Source of the DNA: Bacteroidota bacterium
GTDB lineage: Bacteria; Bacteroidota; Bacteroidia; Flavobacteriales_F; PHOS-HE28
Reading direction: 5' to 3'
Assembly (NCBI GenBank): GCA_018267065.1
Contig: JAFDZG010000197.1
Span: 1,486-65,485 of the forward strand
DNA: 64,000 nucleotides
Under the pieces are notes generated by a model. It was not told the DNA's origin, searched no databases, and worked only from the letters and a program-made list of their open reading frames with translations. Shown here in pieces: positions 57,988 to 64,000 of this stretch (its first letter is position 1; each line of letters begins with the position of its first letter). The position numbers were made by a program, and so were the translations under genes.

Positions 57988-59085
57988 ATGCAGTTATCAA
58001 TGTTTCGGACCCTTTTCAGGGGGGGATGGCTGGCCATGGCCTTTGCCGTGGCAACAGCTGCTTCAGCCCAGGGCCGGTTTGTGATCAACGGGAAATTGAA
58101 GGTGGAAGGTGGCGGCTTGGACGGTTGCCGGATGGTCGTGTACAAGGAAGGGGTGAAGCACAGGACCGTTTCTTCCGACCTCAACAAATTTTCGCTGGAG
58201 CTGGACCTCAACAGCAACTACGTGCTGTCCTTCGAGAAGAATGGATTTGTCACCAAGAAACTTTCCTTCAATACCCAGATCCCCACAGGCGCACCGCAGT
58301 CCGGGTTCACGCCATTTGAGTTCGTTGTATCCCTGTTCAAGCAATATGATGGCATGAACACGGTGGTGTTCAACCAGCCCGTTGGCATGATACGCTATGA
58401 TGAGAAGCTGTCCGACTTTGATTATGACACGGATTACACCAAGAGCATTCAAAGTGCGTTGGATGAGGCACAGGCCGCTGTAGAGGAGAAGCAAAAGGCG
58501 GAAGCCGCTGCAACTGCCCAAGAGGCAAAGCGCAAGGAGCAGGAAGCCAAGGAACAGGCCAAGGCGGCTGCGCGTGCTGCGAAGGATGCTGAAGCCAAGG
58601 CCAAGGCCCAGGCCAAGGCAGCAGAAAAGGCGAAAGAACCGGAGAAGCAGGCCAAGGTGGAGCAGCCGGTTCAACCGCCAACGCCTGTTAGCCCTCCGCC
58701 ACAAGCCCCGGTTGCGGCAAGGAGAAAGCAGGAAAAGCCCGCGCATGTGCGCAAGTTGATCCGTGACCCTGTTGCAGGATCCGACGGCCGCGCGCAAACT
58801 GAACCCCGCATAAACAGTGAACCATCACCGGTGCAAGCCGCGGCGGCACATGCCTCCAGCGAACCCCGCCCAAAGTTTGAGGCAACGCCATCAGTGCGGA
58901 TAAGGCATCAGGATGTGATCGTGGAACCCAACCAAGTGATCACCGTGGTGCGCATGCAGGAGAATGATGTGGTCACGGAGTACCGCAAAGTGATCAGGAA
59001 GTATAGCGGCACATTCTACTTCAAGGACGGGAAGAGCTGCAGCCAGCACACCTATGAAAGTGAGGCGCTGGCGGAGGTGAAATAG
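57988..59085 (+). CDS. Secreted CarboxypepD_reg-like protein, paralogue C, with a long KAE-rich coiled-coil and P/Q-rich C-terminal extension
   Basis: Signal MQLSMFRTLFRGGWLAMAFAVATAASAQ. …RFVINGKLKVEGGGLDGCRMVVYKEGVKHRTVSSDLNKFSLELDLNSNYVLSFEKNGFVTKKLSFNTQIP… has the same fold signature as 37339 and 40024. Followed by …EEKQKAEAAATAQEAKRKEQEAKEQAKAAARAAKDAEAKAKAQAKAAEKAKEPEKQAK…. Confidence 0.6.
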   Translation: MQLSMFRTLFRGGWLAMAFAVATAASAQGRFVINGKLKVEGGGLDGCRMVVYKEGVKHRTVSSDLNKFSLELDLNSNYVLSFEKNGFVTKKLSFNTQIPTGAPQSGFTPFEFVVSLFKQYDGMNTVVFNQPVGMIRYDEKLSDFDYDTDYTKSIQSALDEAQAAVEEKQKAEAAATAQEAKRKEQEAKEQAKAAARAAKDAEAKAKAQAKAAEKAKEPEKQAKVEQPVQPPTPVSPPPQAPVAARRKQEKPAHVRKLIRDPVAGSDGRAQTEPRINSEPSPVQAAAAHASSEPRPKFEATPSVRIRHQDVIVEPNQVITVVRMQENDVVTEYRKVIRKYSGTFYFKDGKSCSQHTYESEALAEVK

Positions 59086-59098
59086 GCGGCACGCCCGG

Positions 59099-60340
59099 TT
59101 ACCAGGCTACTTCCAAACGAACGGACAGCGCTTTGCCCGGTGCTCGTTTGGAGCACAGGCCCACGGCATTGGGGACATGGACCCCGAGCCGGTATCGATC
59201 AAGGAACAAGGCATCGACCCCCGCGGTTGCACGCCAACCGCCAAAACCTCCGTAGGCCACGCCCGCCTGGCCTGCAAAGCAGCCCGAGAACACGAAGTTC
59301 CTCCGGACCTCCACATGCGGAAGGTAACCCGGCAGGTAGCGTTGGCCAACGCTGATCTCATAGGCAAACATTCCGGGCAGATGCGCTGCCCGCCGCAGCT
59401 TGCCGAGCATTAGGCGGCCTTTTGCCTCAAAGGGAAGCAAGGTGTTGTAACTCCCTTTTCCGTATCCCAGCCCCAAACTGTCCTGGAGCGATGCCTGGTT
59501 GATCACCAGGTTGTCCAAGTCCAGGATGTCCTGCACTTCAATGCCGTCGTACCGGATGGAGGAATCTTTGCTGATGGACAAGGATGATGCATTCCACCGA
59601 ATGAACCCGAGGTCCGTAATGCCGATGCTCAGTTTCCCGGAAGCCCCAAGGACATGGAGCGGCCTGCACCAGGTTATGTTGATCGCCGCGCCAAGCCCCA
59701 ATGTGTAGCTGCTTGTCGCAGTATCGCTCCGGTGGAAGGAGCCATCAAGGTCGAGGTCCAAGTATCTCCCGTCCTCTGCAGTGTACAGGTCTGCGTTGGA
59801 CACGCGGGCGGCGTTGAAATTCTGGCCGCTCACCAGGGAAAGTTCAATGAACGACGCGGTGGCGCGGTCTTCAATGCCGAAGCTGAGCGATTGAAAGGTG
59901 GTTGCAAACAATTCACCGGGTGCAAGGTGCGCCGTAGTTTCTTCGAAAGGGGCGTTGCCGAAGAATGCAATGGAGTACGCGTCTTTGGCAAAGCGCATAC
60001 CCATGGCGCTGGTGTACGCCAAGCTTATGCGCGGCATCCAGCGGGGCTGTCCGAAGAGGCTGTCGCCCCACGCATAAGTGGCGCGGCCTTGAAGCAGGTA
60101 ACCGCCGCGGTTCACATCGCCCATGCGGTTAAGGGAGTTGTTCCGAACCTCGTTGCTGACGGTGCCTCCACGATATAGTCCCAGTACCAGGTCGTTGCCA
60201 AGCACGTTGGAGTCGTAACCCCCAAAAGCTTCAATGGTAAGCCGGTGCAACGCTTGGGGGGCGGAGCCGGAATCCTGTTGCGCTGCCGCCGCCATGGGAA
60301 GAAACAGGGAGATGTACCACAGGCAATTATTCATCCCCAT
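59099..60340 (-). CDS. Predicted outer-membrane beta-barrel protein (hypothetical)
   Basis: Signal …CLWYISLFLPMAAAAQQ. Abundant alternating-pattern strands, C-terminal …LSVRLEVAW aromatic end. Overlaps the upstream lipoprotein gene. Confidence 0.5.
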   Translation of the reverse strand: MGMNNCLWYISLFLPMAAAAQQDSGSAPQALHRLTIEAFGGYDSNVLGNDLVLGLYRGGTVSNEVRNNSLNRMGDVNRGGYLLQGRATYAWGDSLFGQPRWMPRISLAYTSAMGMRFAKDAYSIAFFGNAPFEETTAHLAPGELFATTFQSLSFGIEDRATASFIELSLVSGQNFNAARVSNADLYTAEDGRYLDLDLDGSFHRSDTATSSYTLGLGAAINITWCRPLHVLGASGKLSIGITDLGFIRWNASSLSISKDSSIRYDGIEVQDILDLDNLVINQASLQDSLGLGYGKGSYNTLLPFEAKGRLMLGKLRRAAHLPGMFAYEISVGQRYLPGYLPHVEVRRNFVFSGCFAGQAGVAYGGFGGWRATAGVDALFLDRYRLGVHVPNAVGLCSKRAPGKALSVRLEVAW

Positions 60341-61940
60341 TGACGGTATAGTCGGCATCCACCGTCAACTGAAGCGCCAGTGCATACCGGTCCAACAACT
60401 GCACATGCTGGTTTTGATCGGCGGTGTTGAAGACGGCGGTGATGCGCGCCTTGCCTGTCTGTTGCAACAGGTTCATCTGCGCCGGGTCAATATGCAGGTC
60501 GATCCGGCGGGATGTGCCCGCGGCTACCAATCCATCGGAACCGAGCTGGGCGGAGGCGACCGTCCCACCGGGTGCAAGCACCGCCAACACTTGGCCCGCA
60601 TCGTCCACTACGGCAACTTCCACCGCAGCGCTGAAAGGGAACCCGTTATCCGCAAAGAGATGCAGTGTGCCGCTCTTCCATGCATGTGATCCAGCTGAGC
60701 CGGGCAAGTCCAGGGCCACGGTTTTGCGTAATGTGAGGTTGGTGGCGATCAGCCTCAACGGGATGTCCACGTCCAGGTCGGCGCTTAGCTTGCTGTCGTG
60801 GTACAGGAAATCATGCCCGTTGCTGATGTCACCAAGCGGATTGATCTGCACGTCAAGGGCGTATTCCACCCGGTTGGGCAGGTTCTCCATGAACACGTCA
60901 ATGTTGCTGTTTCCTTCGTTTAGCTGGAAGGTGTTGAGCGCAGGCTGGAATCCGTTTCCCAGGTCCAGGGCGCGGTCAATGTTCACGGGGCCGGTGGTGA
61001 TGGCATGGTTCAAGTCCACGCTGGTTCCGGTGGTGGTGTTCACGGACCGCAGGTAATGGATGGTGGCACGCGCATCCACGCCGATGCCGTTGCGGATCTT
61101 GATCACTGCGCTTACCTGGTCCAGGTCCAGCACGCCGCTGATGTTTTCAAAGAGGTCCAGCACAGAAGAGGACGGGTCAACGGAAATGGTGCGCGTTCCG
61201 AAGGAACCCGTGGCATATTGCGGGATGATGTCATGGTAGCTTACCACGGCGATCAAGCTGTCCATGTTCGTGATGGATACCGGGTTCCCATCGGGTGCGT
61301 TGGAGTAGCTGAGGTGCGTGGCCAATGTGTTCACCGAGTTATGGTCCGGGCCGCGCATGTCGAACACATAACCGTCCAGGGGCCTGCTGTTGTTGGTGGA
61401 GCTTGGGGCCTGCGGCGTGCCTGGCGGAAGGTTCTGCGAGATGGCGAACGGTACGCCGTTGAGGGTTGCCCCGGGGAGCGAAAACAGGCCGATGATATTG
61501 CCGTTCATCATATTGGAGATGGCAACATCCACCTGCCCGGACCGCACTTGCAGCTTGGTAAGGTTCAACCCGTCCAAGTCGAAATGGGTCACATCGTCAT
61601 TCGTGTTGAAAGTGGACCCCGGTTGGAATTGTACGGGTCCTGGGAACGGTATGGCGTAAGCATAGCGGAAACTTGTGTCCGGTGCAGTGAGCACCGTGTC
61701 CAACGAAAGCGAAAACAGCGGGGCGCTGTACAGAATACTGACGTTGCCGGACTGGTCCGTTGACAGAATGCTGTCCGGGATCAGGTCGCCAAGGGTCAAT
61801 TTTGTTTTTACCAATGGTACAATGAGGCCCACATCCCATTGTGGTGCAGGACGTTCCTTCCTGCAAGCGGCAGCCACCAATGCCAATGCAAGCACCATCA
61901 GGAAAAACCGATCACGGGAATGGCAACGCATTGCGGCCAA
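60327..61940 (-). CDS. Hypothetical lipoprotein (LVAAAC lipobox), 537 aa, beta-rich
   Basis: ORF plus lipobox MVLALALVAAACRKE. Forms an overlapping two-gene unit with the OMP gene downstream. Confidence 0.5.
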   Translation of the reverse strand: MAAMRCHSRDRFFLMVLALALVAAACRKERPAPQWDVGLIVPLVKTKLTLGDLIPDSILSTDQSGNVSILYSAPLFSLSLDTVLTAPDTSFRYAYAIPFPGPVQFQPGSTFNTNDDVTHFDLDGLNLTKLQVRSGQVDVAISNMMNGNIIGLFSLPGATLNGVPFAISQNLPPGTPQAPSSTNNSRPLDGYVFDMRGPDHNSVNTLATHLSYSNAPDGNPVSITNMDSLIAVVSYHDIIPQYATGSFGTRTISVDPSSSVLDLFENISGVLDLDQVSAVIKIRNGIGVDARATIHYLRSVNTTTGTSVDLNHAITTGPVNIDRALDLGNGFQPALNTFQLNEGNSNIDVFMENLPNRVEYALDVQINPLGDISNGHDFLYHDSKLSADLDVDIPLRLIATNLTLRKTVALDLPGSAGSHAWKSGTLHLFADNGFPFSAAVEVAVVDDAGQVLAVLAPGGTVASAQLGSDGLVAAGTSRRIDLHIDPAQMNLLQQTGKARITAVFNTADQNQHVQLLDRYALALQLTVDADYTVNGDE

Positions 61941-62020
61941 AGTAAAGAACGGCCCGCATTATGTGGATGCAGCGATGCGCCGTTGGTTAAATTTGCCGCA
62001 TCAGGGAAAACCGCACGGAG

Positions 62021-62467
62021 GTGTTGTTGAAGCGTCGCATACTATTTCCTTGGTTATTGAGCGCCGTTGTGATGTTCGGCATTTCTGCGCTGTGGCACGG
62101 TTGGGCGCTTACCGACTTGAGCGAATTGAAGGTCAACTTAAGCACATACCTGTTGCTGAGCGGGTCAGCATATTTGATCATTGCCCTTGGCCTTGTCCTG
62201 TTGGTGCGGTTGTGCATCATCCGTGAATGGATCTCGCTCAAATGGGGCTTTCCATGGAAGGGCATGGCCATAGGGGCCGTATCCGGCATATTGGTGTACC
62301 TCGTGATCCTGCTTTCCGGCTTGTCCTTTGCCAACCACGGGTTCCAGCATGTGGTGGTGGACCTGCTGTGGCAGGTGGTGGAACAGGCCGTTGGCGGATT
62401 GATGGTGAGCTTGGGCATTATCTATGACCTGCATCGTTCCTTTATGGAAACGGAGCAGGCACAGTGA
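62021..62467 (+). CDS. Hypothetical 4-TM membrane protein
   Basis: ORF with four hydrophobic segments. Confidence 0.45.
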   Translation: MLLKRRILFPWLLSAVVMFGISALWHGWALTDLSELKVNLSTYLLLSGSAYLIIALGLVLLVRLCIIREWISLKWGFPWKGMAIGAVSGILVYLVILLSGLSFANHGFQHVVVDLLWQVVEQAVGGLMVSLGIIYDLHRSFMETEQAQ

Positions 62468-62482
62468 TGCCCTGCCGGTGAT

Positions 62483-63784
62483 TCAAGCACCGTATTTCCC
62501 TCCCCAAACTTGGCGCAGGAAGGCTGCAAACGCTTGCTCCCGTTTGTTGTCCGAGGGGTGGTAAAAGGCTGTTCCGCCCAGGGCTTCCGGCAGGAATTCC
62601 TGGTCGCTGAAATGCCCGGGGGCATCGTGGCTGTATTGGTAATCCCTGCCATGCCCCAGCTCCTTCATCAATTTGGTGGGTGCGTTGCGCAGGTGGATGG
62701 GCACGGGCAAGTCGCCGGTTCGCTGCACCGCCTGTTGGGCTTCGCCGATGGCAAGGTAACTGGCGTTGCTTTTCGGTGCACACGCCAGGTAAATTGCGCA
62801 TTGTGAAAGAACGATGCGGCTTTCCGGCCAGCCGATCATGCTCACCGCCTGCATGGTGGTGGTGGCCAGCAGCAACGCATTCGGGTCTGCATTGCCGATG
62901 TCCTCACTGGCCAGGATCAACATGCGCCTGGCAATGAACAGTGGGTCTTCCCCTCCCTCCACCATGCGGGCAAGCCAATACACCGCAGCATGCGGGTCGC
63001 TTCCACGCATGCTTTTGATGAAGGCACTGACGATGTCGTAATGGAGGTCGCCCTGTTTGTCATACTTGGCCGCAGTGGTCTGCACCACCTCATGCACCAG
63101 GGCATCGGTGATCACAAGACGCTCACCGCTTTCTTTTCCGGGGGCGGGTTTCGCTGCACGGACACAGATCTCAAAGGTGTTCAATAGCCGCCGTGCATCG
63201 CCGCCGCTGGCCCTCAGGAGTGCCGTAGTTTCCAACAGGTCGATGCGCAAGCTGCGCAACTCCCCGTCGTTTCGCATGGCCCGTACCAACAAGCCCAAGA
63301 GGTCTTCCTCCGCCAAGGGTTTGAGCACGTACACCTGTGCCCGGGAAAGCAAGGCGCCGATCACTTCAAAGGAAGGGTTTTCCGTGGTGGCGCCGATCAG
63401 CGTGATCACGCCTTTTTCCACCGCCCCAAGCAATGAATCCTGCTGGGCTTTGCTGAAGCGGTGGATTTCATCAATGAACAATACGGCATTCCGGGAGAAC
63501 AATCCGCTTCCGCCTGCTTTGGCGATCACCTCCCGGATATCCTTTACGCCACTGCTGATGGCGCTGAGCGTATGAAATGGCCGGTTCAGCGCTTTGGCCA
63601 TGAGCTGGGCCATGGTGGTTTTTCCCACGCCGGGAGGACCCCACAAGATCATACTGGGCAGCATGCCGGCTGCAATGGCTTTGCGAATGATGCCGTCCGG
63701 GCCAACGAGGTGGTCCTGTCCCACCACCTCGTCCAAAGAGGCGGGGCGCATGCGCTCTGCGAGTGGGGCGGCTTCCATGGTCAA
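62483..63784 (-). CDS. rarA: Replication-associated recombination protein A (AAA+ ATPase)
   Basis: …MRPASLDEVVGQDHLVGPDGIIRKAI…MILWGPPGVGKTTMAQLMA…VLFIDEIHRFSKAQQDSLL… matches RarA/MgsA. Confidence 0.9.
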   Translation of the reverse strand: MTMEAAPLAERMRPASLDEVVGQDHLVGPDGIIRKAIAAGMLPSMILWGPPGVGKTTMAQLMAKALNRPFHTLSAISSGVKDIREVIAKAGGSGLFSRNAVLFIDEIHRFSKAQQDSLLGAVEKGVITLIGATTENPSFEVIGALLSRAQVYVLKPLAEEDLLGLLVRAMRNDGELRSLRIDLLETTALLRASGGDARRLLNTFEICVRAAKPAPGKESGERLVITDALVHEVVQTTAAKYDKQGDLHYDIVSAFIKSMRGSDPHAAVYWLARMVEGGEDPLFIARRMLILASEDIGNADPNALLLATTTMQAVSMIGWPESRIVLSQCAIYLACAPKSNASYLAIGEAQQAVQRTGDLPVPIHLRNAPTKLMKELGHGRDYQYSHDAPGHFSDQEFLPEALGGTAFYHPSDNKREQAFAAFLRQVWGGKYGA

Positions 63785-63813
63785 GGATGCGAATTTACCT
63801 CCGTGAAATGAGA

Positions 63814-63839
63814 AAGCCCCCGTGGTGGCGGGGGCTTTC
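63814..63839 (-). terminator. Terminator hairpin (aaagcccccg-tggtgg-cgggggcttt) just 3' of the partial T9SS-CTD gene
   Basis: Perfect 10-bp stem read directly. A U-containing tail follows on the minus strand. Confidence 0.55.
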
Positions 63840-63859
63840 TTGTCGGGTCCTAACAGGGC

Positions 63860-64000
63860 TCAAGGCCGGAACATGAGCTTGCCTGTGGTGGTGGTGCCGT
63901 TCAGCATGATGCGGTAGAAGAAGAGCCCGCCGCTTTCACTCTGTGGCTTGAACTCCAAGGCCACACGGTCGCCTTTCTCCACGCTGCCATCCATCAGGGT
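63860..64000 (-). CDS. 3' end of a T9SS C-terminal-domain protein (only the last ~46 codons are in the window)
   Basis: The minus-strand translation ends …TLMDGSVEKGDRVALEFKPQSESGGLFFYRIMLNGTTTTGKLMFRP*. This has the Por-secretion CTD pattern. Confidence 0.6.
   Translation of the reverse strand, partial: TLMDGSVEKGDRVALEFKPQSESGGLFFYRIMLNGTTTTGKLMFRP

Noticed and set aside
59654-61763. Plus-strand ORFs 59654..60178, 60424..61056, 61005..61763
   Set aside because: Antisense to the lipoprotein/OMP pair.
1-64000. Search for CRISPR arrays, IS elements, integrases, toxin–antitoxin or restriction–modification genes
   Set aside because: None seen. No short regularly spaced repeats, no transposase or recombinase-like translations. 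The window appears to be stable chromosome, not a mobile island.

Overview
This is a 64 kb, roughly 62% GC chromosomal window that looks like Bacteroidota. The basis is several T9SS C-terminal sorting domains, a CHU_C/type-B sorting domain, a GWxTD protein, folP–DUF1599 and BT_3928-like–tpiA pairings, and a Bacteroidetes-style TAnnTTTG -7 promoter motif. Every call comes from reading the translations and DNA by eye; nothing was searched. Coding density is high, with about 50 genes. The conserved core genes are miaE, cinA, rpmB, selU/selD, rlmI, trmD–rplS, folP, tpiA, prmA, plsY, clpS, rarA and a tRNA-Arg(ACG). The accessory content is: (i) two tandem giant secreted proteins (more than 1658 aa and 1488 aa) built from GEVED-motif modules, one ending in a T9SS CTD; (ii) a 1465-aa protein with about 16 tandem 80-aa repeats plus a gliding-motility type-B CTD; (iii) a divergent cyanophycin pair cphB/cphA with an 11-nt poly-C tract in the shared leader; (iv) a histone-H1-like AT-hook protein immediately downstream of selU–selD; (v) a YtxH / holin-X-like / hypothetical trio; (vi) three dispersed paralogues of a small secreted protein with a CarboxypepD_reg-like N-domain; (vii) a 2014-aa protein combining TPR, a TolB-like beta-propeller, an extremely long low-complexity linker and two C-terminal SPOR domains; (viii) several ATGA/TGATG-coupled gene junctions. 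No CRISPR, IS element or integrase is visible. Most long ORFs antisense to real genes are GC-driven shadows.
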